A stretch of 64,000 bases of DNA from the NCBI GenBank assembly GCA_963677595.1, contig OY782041.1, forward strand, positions 1,184,001 to 1,248,000, written 5' to 3'. Both the position numbers and the translations under genes were made by a program. Under the pieces are notes generated by a model that was given only the letters and a program-made list of their open reading frames with translations, was not told where the DNA came from and made no database searches. Numbering within the stretch: the first letter of the stretch is position 1; the number at the start of each line of letters is the position of its first letter. Below are positions 1 to 9,582 of the stretch, piece by piece. Source of the DNA: Spirochaetia bacterium. GTDB taxonomy: Bacteria > Spirochaetota > Spirochaetia > CAKZLE01.

Positions 1-469
1 GAATGATGAGGTATCGAACATCGACTTCCTCGAACTCCGGGCATGTGCCGAGGGGTGTGCAGGAGGGGTATTAAACCCGGGAAACCGGTTCCTGGCCAAG
101 GAACGGCTGGTCCACAGGTCCGGGAGCATGAAGGAGATCACCAGTGCCCAGGAGAGGCTGATCATGGACAAAGCGCCCCACCTCTCCCGCCTCATCAAGC
201 GGGACCGTATCGAGGCGAAGCCTGTCTCACAGCTCGATGATGACATCACGAAGGCACTGGAGAAGATGGAGCGGTATGAGAAGATCCTGAAAGCCCTGCC
301 GGGCATCGACTGCGGTCTCTGCGGCGCACCCTCCTGTTCTGCCCTGGCAGAGGATATCTCAAAGGGGACAGCGGACATGCGGCAATGCGCCGTACTCAGA
401 CTGAGGAACGTCGTGGACAGACAGACGATCAAGAAGATCTGGGGAGATTCACTGAACCCTTCAGACTAG
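1..469 (+). CDS. 5'-truncated [FeFe]-hydrogenase large-subunit C-terminal domain protein with C-terminal Fe-S (PF04060-like) domain
   Basis: Frame open from position 2: NDEVSNIDFLELRACAEGCAGG (ExxACxxGCxGG, H-cluster-like), then LPGIDCGLCGAPSCSALAEDI...C Fe-S motif; start lies upstream of window. Confidence 0.75.
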   Translation, partial: NDEVSNIDFLELRACAEGCAGGVLNPGNRFLAKERLVHRSGSMKEITSAQERLIMDKAPHLSRLIKRDRIEAKPVSQLDDDITKALEKMERYEKILKALPGIDCGLCGAPSCSALAEDISKGTADMRQCAVLRLRNVVDRQTIKKIWGDSLNPSD

Positions 470-471
470 CC

Positions 472-3435
472 CTACAGCGGGAGTTTCTTCCCCTCGAGCA
501 GCACCTCCGGCAGATCCCCACGGTCCTTATCGAGCATATCCTGGCTGCAGAGCAGTACGACAGACGAAAGCTCGTCCATCCTGTTCAGCAGGCGCTTCGC
601 TGCCAGCATGATACTCTGGCCGTCCGCGGCAAGCAGCTGTTCCCGACGCTGCTCCCTCAGTTCGTCTGTCACGCCGTAGATACGTCTCCGGAACCCGATC
701 ATGCTCTTCTCCGATGGGGAGAGCGGCCTGACGTCCTTGCCGACCAGGGCGATCACCGAGAGTTCCACGAGTTCATCGTCTACCGCACCCTCCGCGATCT
801 TCACGAGTCCTGAACGGTAATCAGCGAGCGTCTTCGCAAGCCGCGGGTCACGGTAGGAGGAGAAGGAGGCGATATGCTCCATGATATCGACTGAGGCAGA
901 GGCACCGTAGGCTCCGCCGACCACCCTGATAGAATCCCAGAACAGGCTCGTGCGCAGGATGTGGGTGAGGACTGACTCATGGACCTGCTGGGCTGTACCG
1001 AACGGGGAGGCAGGGATGACCTGTGCCGTGAAGGAGACATGGGCAGGGATGAGGAAGGTCTCCCCGATGAAGGGGCTCTCGTTCTCAGTTTCACCCTCGG
1101 CAGCAGGGATCGCTTCCTCAGAAGATGTGCCCCCTGGGAAGTCCCTGACCATGTTCCCGATCTGTCCCTTGAACGTTTCTACGTACTCTTCCTCGCAGGT
1201 CAGGTTCAGTGTCATCCTGGCCTTTACGATGATATGGTCCCTGATCTCCCCGAGGCTGTCGGCGATCCTGAGCATAGCCTCATCGTCCTTGAGGTCGATC
1301 CCGGTATTGAAGAACCACTGCCCGAACCCTTTCCAGGCATCTTCCTGGGCAGCAGCAGGGCTCATGGCGGCTGCCGCCCGCAGGGATGCATAATGGGAAC
1401 CGGAGGGGATGATGCTCGTGGCGAAGTCACTGCGCTGTTCGAGCAGGATGTCCCGGATCCTCTTCACGTCCTGCAGTTCCGCAGTCAGGAGGATCCTGCT
1501 GACCAGGGAGAGGGCTTCTTCCACATCCTCGGTAAGCATCTTCACCCGGCAGATCAGGAGGCGTTTCGGCAGGTCCGAGACCGCCTCGAGCCTGCAGGAG
1601 AACCCGCCGGTGATCCCCGCCAGCATCCTGGAGACCTCATCATACGAGTGTCCCGGGATCCCGGTCATATAGATGAGGCGGCTGAAGAGGGGGAGCAGCT
1701 CCATGAGCTCTTCCGGGAGCCCGCCTACATCGAAGACCAGGTCGAGGTAGGAGACACCGTTGGTGAACATCACTTGCCGGAAACAGGGTATGGAGTCGAT
1801 CTCATCCTCCACCAACTCGAGCCTGCTGATCTCAAGCGGCAGGTCGTCCCGTATGAGTCTCGGTATCTTCGCAAGATCCTCAGGGGCCTCCTCTGCCTGC
1901 TGGAACTCCTCGAAGAGCCTCTGTTCCTGTGCGAGGGACTTCAGCTCCTTCTTTGACAGCTTCCCCACCATCGCATCTAGCCGCTTCTTCAACTCCTGCT
2001 CGAAGGCCCTGTTATGGTCCTTAGCCGGAGTCACCGTCACGACGGACCGATGGGGGTTTGCCAGGATGTGATCTGTGATCCACTGTTCCAGGTAGCCGGC
2101 GGGCTCCCTGCAGGATGCGATCAGGTCCTTGAGGCGGTGCATGACCGGCTCGAAGACCAGGGTATCCTCAGGGGCGAGCCCATGGAGCCAGCCCCGGACC
2201 AGCCGGGTCATGACCCGCAGTCCCTCCGGGATGCCTCCCCGGATCTCACGCTGCTGGAACTCGATCCGGTGGATTGCCTGGTCGATGAGTTCTCCCGGGA
2301 TCCCTTCTGCGGAGAGTCTCTCAAGCTCGTTCTGTATCAGTGCCTCGAAGGCTTCGCGCTGCTCCGGGTCGGTTCCCCTGATACCCACGGTGAACACGAT
2401 ATTCCTGAAGTCGGAGTCCATCCCGCTGATCGAAGCGATGTCACTGCCGAGTCCCGACTCGATGATCGCCTTGTACAGTGGTGCCCCGGGGTTGCCGAGA
2501 AGGATCTCCACCAGCAGTTCCATCGTCATGACATCCAGGGGGTCCTGGATGGAACAGACGACCGAGTTGATGGTGATCGTAGATTTCCCTTCGGGACTCT
2601 CCTCCTCGAGCAGCGGGCTGGTATACTCATACCGCACCGGCTTGTCCCAGGGTTTCGGGTCTGGAACGGCATGGTTCAGCTTGATAGCCGTGAACTCCTT
2701 GAGGTACCCCTCCTCGAGGAAGAGGAGCTGCTCCTCTACCGGGATGTCCCCGTAGAGGTAGACCTTCCCGTTCGAGGGGTGGTAGAACTCCGCATGGAAG
2801 CCGGTGAACTGCTCATAGGTCAGGTTGACGATCTCCAGGGGATCCCCTCCCGAGTCATACCCGTAGGGCGTGTCGGGAAAGAGCGAGCGGATCGAGTGTT
2901 CTGCGACGATGGAATCATGGTCGGAGTAGGAACCCTTCATCTCGTTGAAGACGATCCCGTCATATGAGAAGTTCCCCTTCTGGTCCTGGGTCACCCTGAT
3001 GCCCTCCTGCTTGAAGGTCCCCTTGCGCAGCAGGGGGAAGAACACCGCATCGGCATAGACGGAGAGGAGGTTGTAGAAATCCTTCTTCACCGGCGAGGCT
3101 GCCGGATAGAGGGTCTTGTCCGGGTAGGTCATGGCATTGAGGAACGTATTGGCACTCCCCTTCATCAGCTCAAGGAAGGGGTCCTTCGTGGGGTATCGCC
3201 GTGATCCCGCGAGTACTGAGTGCTCTATGATGTGGGGCGTCCCGCTGCTGTTCTTGGGCGGTGTCTTGAAGATGAACCCGAAGACGTTCTCCGGATCATC
3301 ATTGGCTATCTTATAGAGCTCCAGGCCAGTCGCGTCATGGCGGAACAGGTACCCTGTTCCATGCTGTTCAGGCAGTTCCTTCTTTGATACCAGGGTGAAA
3401 CCATGCAGATCGTCACCGGTGTTGAGTCCGGACAT
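472..3435 (-). CDS. M16C (insulinase/presequence-protease-like) zinc metallopeptidase
   Basis: HIIEH inverted zincin motif, FLNAMTYPDKT, GIVFNEMKG, RVVGGAYG, SYRDP; GGAGG RBS before ATG 3435. Confidence 0.92.
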   Translation of the reverse strand: MSGLNTGDDLHGFTLVSKKELPEQHGTGYLFRHDATGLELYKIANDDPENVFGFIFKTPPKNSSGTPHIIEHSVLAGSRRYPTKDPFLELMKGSANTFLNAMTYPDKTLYPAASPVKKDFYNLLSVYADAVFFPLLRKGTFKQEGIRVTQDQKGNFSYDGIVFNEMKGSYSDHDSIVAEHSIRSLFPDTPYGYDSGGDPLEIVNLTYEQFTGFHAEFYHPSNGKVYLYGDIPVEEQLLFLEEGYLKEFTAIKLNHAVPDPKPWDKPVRYEYTSPLLEEESPEGKSTITINSVVCSIQDPLDVMTMELLVEILLGNPGAPLYKAIIESGLGSDIASISGMDSDFRNIVFTVGIRGTDPEQREAFEALIQNELERLSAEGIPGELIDQAIHRIEFQQREIRGGIPEGLRVMTRLVRGWLHGLAPEDTLVFEPVMHRLKDLIASCREPAGYLEQWITDHILANPHRSVVTVTPAKDHNRAFEQELKKRLDAMVGKLSKKELKSLAQEQRLFEEFQQAEEAPEDLAKIPRLIRDDLPLEISRLELVEDEIDSIPCFRQVMFTNGVSYLDLVFDVGGLPEELMELLPLFSRLIYMTGIPGHSYDEVSRMLAGITGGFSCRLEAVSDLPKRLLICRVKMLTEDVEEALSLVSRILLTAELQDVKRIRDILLEQRSDFATSIIPSGSHYASLRAAAAMSPAAAQEDAWKGFGQWFFNTGIDLKDDEAMLRIADSLGEIRDHIIVKARMTLNLTCEEEYVETFKGQIGNMVRDFPGGTSSEEAIPAAEGETENESPFIGETFLIPAHVSFTAQVIPASPFGTAQQVHESVLTHILRTSLFWDSIRVVGGAYGASASVDIMEHIASFSSYRDPRLAKTLADYRSGLVKIAEGAVDDELVELSVIALVGKDVRPLSPSEKSMIGFRRRIYGVTDELREQRREQLLAADGQSIMLAAKRLLNRMDELSSVVLLCSQDMLDKDRGDLPEVLLEGKKLPL

Positions 3436-3525
3436 AAAACCTCCTCCCAAGACCAATTCAGCTCAGTATATGCGAGTATACCTGCCTTGTACAGAGGCTG
3501 AAGGGGGAATCGGGTACCGGCGACC

Positions 3526-3555
3526 TTGCGCAAGGGGAAACGGTTCTGGTAGTAT
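3526..3555 (+). promoter_or_regulatory. sigma70-type promoter of epmA (likely leaderless)
   Basis: TTGCGC-N18-TAGTAT with upstream TG; ATG 3563 lies 7 nt after the -10. Confidence 0.45.
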
Positions 3556-3562
3556 GCAGGAC

Positions 3563-4552
3563 ATGGATAGAGAGACCATGCGGGAACGCAGCCGGATGTA
3601 CGGCAGGATACGACAGTTCTTTGACGACCGGGATTACGTGGAGGTGGATACCCCCATCCTCTCGGAGACCCTGATCCCCGAATCGACCATCTCCTGTTTC
3701 GCGACCAGCTTCACGAGCGAGTTCCATCACTCCAGGGACTACTACCTCATACCGTCTCCCGAGATCCATATGAAGCGACTGATCGGTGAAGGCTACGGGA
3801 ACATCTACCAGATCACGAAATGTTTCAGGAATGCCGAGCAGATCGGCAGCCAGCACAACCCGGAGTTCTCCATGCTCGAGTGGTATACGGTAGGCGAAGA
3901 CTCTCATGACGCGATCACGATCACCGAGGAGCTGATACAGGCGGTCTCCACTTCCAACACACCGGAGCACGTGAGGGCCCCCTTCGAACGCATGACGGTC
4001 GCAGAGGCCTTCTTCAGGCATACCGGGATCGATCTGGATACCGTACAGGCCCCTTCTGCGATGCGGGCGGCCCTGAAACATCTCGGCCTTCAGGAGAGCC
4101 GGGTGCCGGAGAGCTGGGAGGATATGTTCAACCGGATCTTCCTTACCCTGGTCGAGCCGAACCTCCCTGCCGACCACCCGGTCGTCCTCACTGAGTACCC
4201 GATACAGATCCGGTGCCTGGCTAAGCCGGTCAAGGGGACTCCCTACCGGGACCGCTGGGAGCTCTATATCGCGGGGGTGGAGCTTGCCAACTGCTACACG
4301 GAGATGACCGACGGCGAGGCGGTGAGGGCCTGCTTCACCGAGGAGTATGCCCGGCTCTCAACCGAGCGGGCCGTGACGGGGGAGACCATCCCCGATATAG
4401 ACGATGCGTATTATTCCATCTTTGACGGATCCTATCCTGAATGTTCCGGGGTCGCGATGGGACTGGACAGGCTTTTCATGGCATTACACTCCATTAAGAC
4501 TATTCAGGGGGTGATTTTATTTCCATTCTCTGATACAATCGGCAGGCGCTAG
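3563..4552 (+). CDS. epmA: EF-P beta-lysine ligase (EpmA/GenX/PoxA)
   Basis: LysRS catalytic-domain-only protein: EVDTPIL, YLIPSPEIHMKRL, FRNAE..HNPEFSMLEWY, GVELAN, SGVAMGLDRL; next to efp. Start 3554 or 3563. Confidence 0.9.
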   Translation: MDRETMRERSRMYGRIRQFFDDRDYVEVDTPILSETLIPESTISCFATSFTSEFHHSRDYYLIPSPEIHMKRLIGEGYGNIYQITKCFRNAEQIGSQHNPEFSMLEWYTVGEDSHDAITITEELIQAVSTSNTPEHVRAPFERMTVAEAFFRHTGIDLDTVQAPSAMRAALKHLGLQESRVPESWEDMFNRIFLTLVEPNLPADHPVVLTEYPIQIRCLAKPVKGTPYRDRWELYIAGVELANCYTEMTDGEAVRACFTEEYARLSTERAVTGETIPDIDDAYYSIFDGSYPECSGVAMGLDRLFMALHSIKTIQGVILFPFSDTIGRR

Positions 4553-4673
4553 GTCTTCTACAGTCAACAAGCAGCAGCGTACACACGAATCTCTCATGGA
4601 CTGCTTTTTTAAGGTCCTGTGCCCCTGCGCGGGTAGAATTCGTTAATATTATAAGGTTTTTAAGAGGTGACTA

Positions 4674-5237
4674 ATGATTAAAGCAGGTCAGATTGAGAAA
4701 GGGATGGCACTCCTCGTGAAGGGACAGCCGTTCATCGTCGTAGAACGTGACTTCGTCAATCCCGGAAAGGGATCCGCATTCGCCAGGGTGAAGATGAAGA
4801 GCCCGACTACCGGACAGGTACTCAGGGAGACGATCAAGACCCAGGATTCAGTCGAGGACATCATGGTGGAGGACAAGGACTGCCAGTATCTCTATAATGA
4901 TGGTGAGTCATACCACTTCATGGATAATGACACCTTCGAGCAGTTCGAGATCCCGATGGCATCGTTCCCCGACTACCAGGTGCTCATGAAGGACGGGGAG
5001 ACCTACCGGGTCACTATGTGGGAGTCGAAACCGCTGAACATCGTCATCCCCTACAAAGTCGTCTATGAGGTAGCCGTAGCTGAGGACGCCATCAAGGGTG
5101 ATACCGTCCAGGGAGCATCCAAGGTCGTCGAGACCGAGACCGGCCTGAAGGTCAAGGTACCGATCTTCATCAAGCAGGGAGAGAAGATCCTCGTGAACAC
5201 CGAGACACGGGAGTATCTTGAACGAGTCAACAACTAG
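4674..5237 (+). CDS. efp: Elongation factor P
   Basis: NPGKGSAF loop with the modifiable Lys, QYLY, FMDNDTFEQ, KGDT, ETGLKVKVPIFIKQGE; GAGGTG RBS. Confidence 0.97.
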   Translation: MIKAGQIEKGMALLVKGQPFIVVERDFVNPGKGSAFARVKMKSPTTGQVLRETIKTQDSVEDIMVEDKDCQYLYNDGESYHFMDNDTFEQFEIPMASFPDYQVLMKDGETYRVTMWESKPLNIVIPYKVVYEVAVAEDAIKGDTVQGASKVVETETGLKVKVPIFIKQGEKILVNTETREYLERVNN

Positions 5238-5240
5238 CAG

Positions 5241-6467
5241 ATGTTAGATACACTTCTGCACAAGGAGGTCCTCTTCCGTACCCACGGGAAGGACCTCTCT
5301 TTTTCCCTGTCGATGGGGCTCTTCAGCAGTAATGACATCGACACGGGATCGATCCTGCTCATCGACGAACTCATCGCACATGCCGATATTGCCGCCATGG
5401 ACCGTGTCCTTGATGCAGGCTGCGGTGTCGGGACCCTCGGGATCACGCTCAAGGCGCTCTATCCAGGCCTTGAGGTGACCGCCACGGACCGGGATGCCCT
5501 GGCCCTCGCCGTGACAGCCCATAACGCGGAGAAGAACGGCACCCCCATCATGACCGCACCGGGCCTCGATACCCTCATCTGGGACGGGGATCACGACGGA
5601 TTCATCGGTAGTGAAGGTTCCTATGACCTGGTCATGACCAACATCCCGGCCAAGGCCGGGGCACCCGTCCTGAAGCGGTTCCTGCAGAACGGGTTGTTCC
5701 AGCTGACAGATACGGGGATCTTCGCCTTCGTCATCGTGGACACCCTTAACAGTTTTGCAGAACAGATGTGCGCAGAACTCTCATGTGAGATCATCCATAA
5801 GCATGACGGACCCCGCCATACCGTCTTCCTTCTCCGTCGAACGGAAGAGACGGTATGCCCGCTTGATACCGGATTCCCCGGAGTCTATGCCAGGTGTACC
5901 GCTGAGTTTTCCGTCGGGAAGAGTTCCTACACCCTGGATACGGCCTACAGCATACCAGGATTCGATACCGTCCCCTATGAGGCAGCTCTCGGCATGGCTA
6001 TGGCAGAGAAGCATGTCGGGACATCCCTGGCTGTATGGAACCCGGGACAGGGCCATGCAGCGGTCGGCCTCCTGAAGGAGGGCGGGGTCAGGGAGGTCTG
6101 CCTGGCAGGCAGGGACCTGCTCGCCCTGCTCATCTCCCGCCACTCTATAGCACGATATGGGAACGGGGCGACGGTATCTATCATACATACACACAGTATA
6201 ACTGAGTTTTTGTCAATATGGCATATGCCGCATTCACAACCGCAGGGATTGCTCGTCATCTTTCCCGACCCTATCCCCCTCGTCCCTTTCAGGTCTCTGG
6301 TAGAGTCCTCGTATCTTGTTGCTGAAAAGAAGGTTAATGCATCCATCATCCTTGCTTCGAAGAGCTCGGTACTCGCTCCCTTTACCAGGGGTCTGCCCGG
6401 TTTCATCCTGAAAGGATCAAAAAAGAAGAACGGGTTTCGGGCAATATTCCTACAGAATCTTTACTAA
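5241..6467 (+). CDS. Class I SAM-dependent methyltransferase, RsmC/MTS-like, two-domain
   Basis: GLFSSNDIDTGSILL, VLDAGCGVGTLG, DRDALAL, MTNIP; C-terminal half is a degenerate copy (WNPGQG, GRDLLAL). Confidence 0.75.
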   Translation: MLDTLLHKEVLFRTHGKDLSFSLSMGLFSSNDIDTGSILLIDELIAHADIAAMDRVLDAGCGVGTLGITLKALYPGLEVTATDRDALALAVTAHNAEKNGTPIMTAPGLDTLIWDGDHDGFIGSEGSYDLVMTNIPAKAGAPVLKRFLQNGLFQLTDTGIFAFVIVDTLNSFAEQMCAELSCEIIHKHDGPRHTVFLLRRTEETVCPLDTGFPGVYARCTAEFSVGKSSYTLDTAYSIPGFDTVPYEAALGMAMAEKHVGTSLAVWNPGQGHAAVGLLKEGGVREVCLAGRDLLALLISRHSIARYGNGATVSIIHTHSITEFLSIWHMPHSQPQGLLVIFPDPIPLVPFRSLVESSYLVAEKKVNASIILASKSSVLAPFTRGLPGFILKGSKKKNGFRAIFLQNLY

Positions 6468-6525
6468 CCGGGCTCTTTGCTTTATCATATTACTAATAAT
6501 TGAAAAGACTTAAGGGAGTTTATCC

Positions 6526-6957
6526 ATGAGAATAACCACCAAGGGGCGATATGCTCTCAGAGCGATCCTCTACCTGATCCACTGCAGCGAAGATAAACCC
6601 GTATCCATCAAGACGCTCTCCGAGCATACTCAGTTATCGCCGGAGTTCCTTGAGCAGATCTTCTTCAGGTTGAGGAAGGCGAATATCATCACCTCGACCC
6701 GGGGACCGGGCGGCGGCTTCCGGTTCGAGAAGGCTGCATCCGAGGTCTCCGTCAATGACATCTTCAATGCAGTCGATGAAGGCTACCATGTAGCACCCTG
6801 CACCGAAGAGGACCCGGAGAAGGCCATCAACTGTGAATATGCCGGGGATTGTGTTGCCTGCGACTTCTGGCAGTATACCAACGACATCTTCATCGAGTAC
6901 TTCTCTACCATCTCCCTGCAGGATGTCCTCGACAAGAACTTCCCCAACCTGAGATAA
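6526..6957 (+). CDS. Rrf2-family transcriptional regulator with C-terminal Cys ligands
   Basis: MRITTKGRYALRA, FLEQIF, STRGPGGGF, C-terminal C..C..C..C. Confidence 0.92.
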   Translation: MRITTKGRYALRAILYLIHCSEDKPVSIKTLSEHTQLSPEFLEQIFFRLRKANIITSTRGPGGGFRFEKAASEVSVNDIFNAVDEGYHVAPCTEEDPEKAINCEYAGDCVACDFWQYTNDIFIEYFSTISLQDVLDKNFPNLR

Positions 6958-6963
6958 CCACCT

Positions 6964-8046
6964 CTACAGGTCAGTATACCAGATCTCCTCGCCATCCATG
7001 CTGCGGAAGAGATATCGATTTCCATCCCTCCTGATCAGGGATGGTTCCTGCAGGGTAACCTTGCCGCCGCCATCCGGCAGGTCGACGGCATACCTTGGCA
7101 TCGCGACCCCGGAGAGCCTCCTCCTCAGTGCTGACTCGATCCTGAAGCCCTCCTCGAGGGAGACCCGAAGATGGGAGGTACCGCTGGCCAGGTCTCCCTG
7201 GAACAGGTAATAGGGGGTGACCCGATGCGATACCAGCAGGTTCATCAGCTCCTCGAGGGTATCGGCATCATCGTTGACTCCCCTGAGGAGCACGGTCTGG
7301 TTATAGAGAAGGATCCCATGGTCCGAGAGTCTCCTCAGGGCAGCCGCACTCTCTGAGTCGAGTTCCCTGGGATGGTTGAACTGAGTCATCAGGAGGACCG
7401 GTGCTCCATCAGCGGTCTTCCCAAGGAGCTTGAGGAGGGAATCAGTCACCCGTGAGGGGAGAACGACCGGGACCCTCGTCCCGATCCGCAGGACCAGATC
7501 CGGTCGTGCCGCACGGAAGATGGCGAACATCCTCTCAAGCTGGCTGTCTTCCATGATCAGGGGATCTCCCCCGCTGATGAGCAGTTCACGGACCTCAGGA
7601 AGCCCCTCGAGCACCCGGGCAGCCTCCTCGATCTCATCGGCAGCCGCGATACCCTGGTGCTTTCCGGTGAACCTTCGCCTGAAACAATGGCGGCAGTACA
7701 TGGCACAGGTATCGGTCGCAAGGAAGACGGCCCTGCTCTGGTAGCGGCGGATGAGTCTCCCTGTCAGCAGATGCTGCTCCTCCGCCAGCGGGTCGGGGGT
7801 CTCGCATTCGAGGGAGATAAACTCCCGTGAAGAGGGGACCGCCTGCAGCCTGATCGGGTCGTCCCTGCCTGCAGCAGGGTCGATCAGCCCGAGGTACCGC
7901 TTGGGGAGGCGGAACCCGAGGGTCTCACGCCCTTCTCCGTTGTCGAACCACTCCTCTTCCTCATCGCTCAGCACCAGGTGTCCCGATATACCGTCACGAT
8001 CTGTCACTGCAGCTTTCAGCTGCTTCTTCCACTCTTCACTCGCCAT
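6964..8046 (-). CDS. epmB: KamA-family lysine 2,3-aminomutase (EpmB-like radical SAM)
   Basis: CAMYCRHCFRR (CxxxCxxC), ISGGDPL, RIGTRVP, QFNHPRE, NQTVLLRGVND, PYYL, GGGK; EF-P context. Confidence 0.85.
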   Translation of the reverse strand: MASEEWKKQLKAAVTDRDGISGHLVLSDEEEEWFDNGEGRETLGFRLPKRYLGLIDPAAGRDDPIRLQAVPSSREFISLECETPDPLAEEQHLLTGRLIRRYQSRAVFLATDTCAMYCRHCFRRRFTGKHQGIAAADEIEEAARVLEGLPEVRELLISGGDPLIMEDSQLERMFAIFRAARPDLVLRIGTRVPVVLPSRVTDSLLKLLGKTADGAPVLLMTQFNHPRELDSESAAALRRLSDHGILLYNQTVLLRGVNDDADTLEELMNLLVSHRVTPYYLFQGDLASGTSHLRVSLEEGFRIESALRRRLSGVAMPRYAVDLPDGGGKVTLQEPSLIRRDGNRYLFRSMDGEEIWYTDL

Positions 8047-8129
8047 GCTCTATCCATACCACACTTGCCCGTGGGATGTCCATGAACTTAAAACTGACGG
8101 AAGCGAAACCCTCTCATAATATTTTCAGG

Positions 8130-8158
8130 TTGACAGGGCGGTTTCCCAGTCGTATGGT
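8130..8158 (+). promoter_or_regulatory. sigma70-type promoter of the MFS gene
   Basis: TTGACA-N17-TATGGT. Confidence 0.55.
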
Positions 8159-8187
8159 TGTAGTGATGTGCTACTGAAAGGAGAGAA

Positions 8188-9489
8188 ATGATGAACGAGA
8201 ACAAGCGATCCGCGACCATGAAGGGGTATTACGGTATAACATTCCTCATCGGTCTCGGTTTCTTCACCATGGGCCTGATGGACCCGCTGTATGACACCTA
8301 CATCCCGATATTCCTCAGCAGGTATATAGACTCGAAGAGCTGGATCGGGATCATCATGACCCTGGACAACGTCTTCGCCATCTGCCTGATCCCGATAGTC
8401 TCTGCGCTGTCAGACCGGACCAGGACACGGATAGGCCGTAGGATGCCGTATATCATAACGACGCTGCCATTGACAGCTGTCGCGTTCGGAGTCATCCCCT
8501 TCACCGCATTGAACACCCTGTGGGCTCTCATCATCTCGATCTTCCTGCTCAATGTCTTCAAGCAGTCAGCACGGGGTCCTGTCGTGGCTCTCATGCCGGA
8601 CATCATCCCCGGCGAGCTCCGCTCCGAGGCGAACGGCGTGATCAATACGATGGGAGGGATCGCCTCCATCGTCGGGACCATCGGTCTCGCACAGCTGATG
8701 AACGTCGCGATCGACCTCCCGGGCAGGGGCCCCACGAAGGAGATCCTCGCCTACCCGGTCGCCGGTATCCTCGTGATCATCTCAACACTCCTCCTCTTCC
8801 TCTTCGTCAGGGAGAAGAAGGAGAAGTATGAGGAGAACAAGGAGGAGAAGGGACCAACCATACGAGAATCCCTGAAGCTGATCTTCGCCTCCACCGACAA
8901 GAGCGCCCTGCTGATCCTCCTCTCCCTGCTCTTCTGGTTCATCGGCTACCAGGGAGTCCTCCCCTTCATCGGGCTCTACTCACGCGATGTCCTGCAGACC
9001 TCGTCAGGGACAGCAGCCCTAGCAGCCGGGATGGTCGGGATCGCCTATGCGATCTTCGCCATCCCCTCAGGGGTCTTCGCCCATAAGCGGGGAAGGAAGA
9101 AGACGATCAGGACCGCCCTGGTCGTGCTCTTCTTCATCCTCCTTGGGGTATTCTTCCATGACCCCGTCACCACGGCACTGGGGTTCAGCATCATGGCCAA
9201 GCAGATCTCCTTCTGGATCCTCATGTTCTTCTTCGGGATGTTCTGGGTCGCCATCATCACCAACTCCTTCCCCATGCTCTGGCAGATGGCCACCTATGAG
9301 GATATGGGGATCTATACCGGCCTCTACTACTTCTTCTCCCAGCTCGCGTCGATCGTGGCACCGCCGATCACCGGGGGGTTCATCGACCTCTTCGGCTTCA
9401 GGGCGATCTTCCTCTTTGCCGGGATCTGCATGCTGGCAGCCTTCTTCATCATGGGAGGGGTCCGTCGGGGAGAGATCTCCGGGGAGTAG
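8188..9489 (+). CDS. MFS transporter (maltose/sugar permease-like)
   Basis: ~12 hydrophobic segments, SDRTRTRIGRRMPY motif, ALMPD..P.ELRSEAN. Confidence 0.85.
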   Translation: MMNENKRSATMKGYYGITFLIGLGFFTMGLMDPLYDTYIPIFLSRYIDSKSWIGIIMTLDNVFAICLIPIVSALSDRTRTRIGRRMPYIITTLPLTAVAFGVIPFTALNTLWALIISIFLLNVFKQSARGPVVALMPDIIPGELRSEANGVINTMGGIASIVGTIGLAQLMNVAIDLPGRGPTKEILAYPVAGILVIISTLLLFLFVREKKEKYEENKEEKGPTIRESLKLIFASTDKSALLILLSLLFWFIGYQGVLPFIGLYSRDVLQTSSGTAALAAGMVGIAYAIFAIPSGVFAHKRGRKKTIRTALVVLFFILLGVFFHDPVTTALGFSIMAKQISFWILMFFFGMFWVAIITNSFPMLWQMATYEDMGIYTGLYYFFSQLASIVAPPITGGFIDLFGFRAIFLFAGICMLAAFFIMGGVRRGEISGE

Positions 9490-9532
9490 GCCCGAAATGA
9501 GTTGTCCTGCCTCTGCAACAGACACCATTTGG

Positions 9533-9562
9533 TTGGCAATTTTGCCGGTTAAAGGGTATACT
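9533..9562 (+). promoter_or_regulatory. sigma70-type promoter of pelD-pelA
   Basis: TTGGCA-N18-TATACT about 20 nt before the ATG. Confidence 0.5.
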
Positions 9563-9582
9563 ACAAGAAACAGGGGCAGGAT

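Noticed and set aside
4596-4646. 16-codon uORF (MDCFFKVLCPCAGRIR) in the efp leader as an EF-P sensor
   Set aside because: No RBS and no consecutive prolines
8098-8148. LacI/MalR-like operator before the MFS gene
   Set aside because: Only half-site-like sequences (GAAACC, GGTTTC); no convincing palindrome
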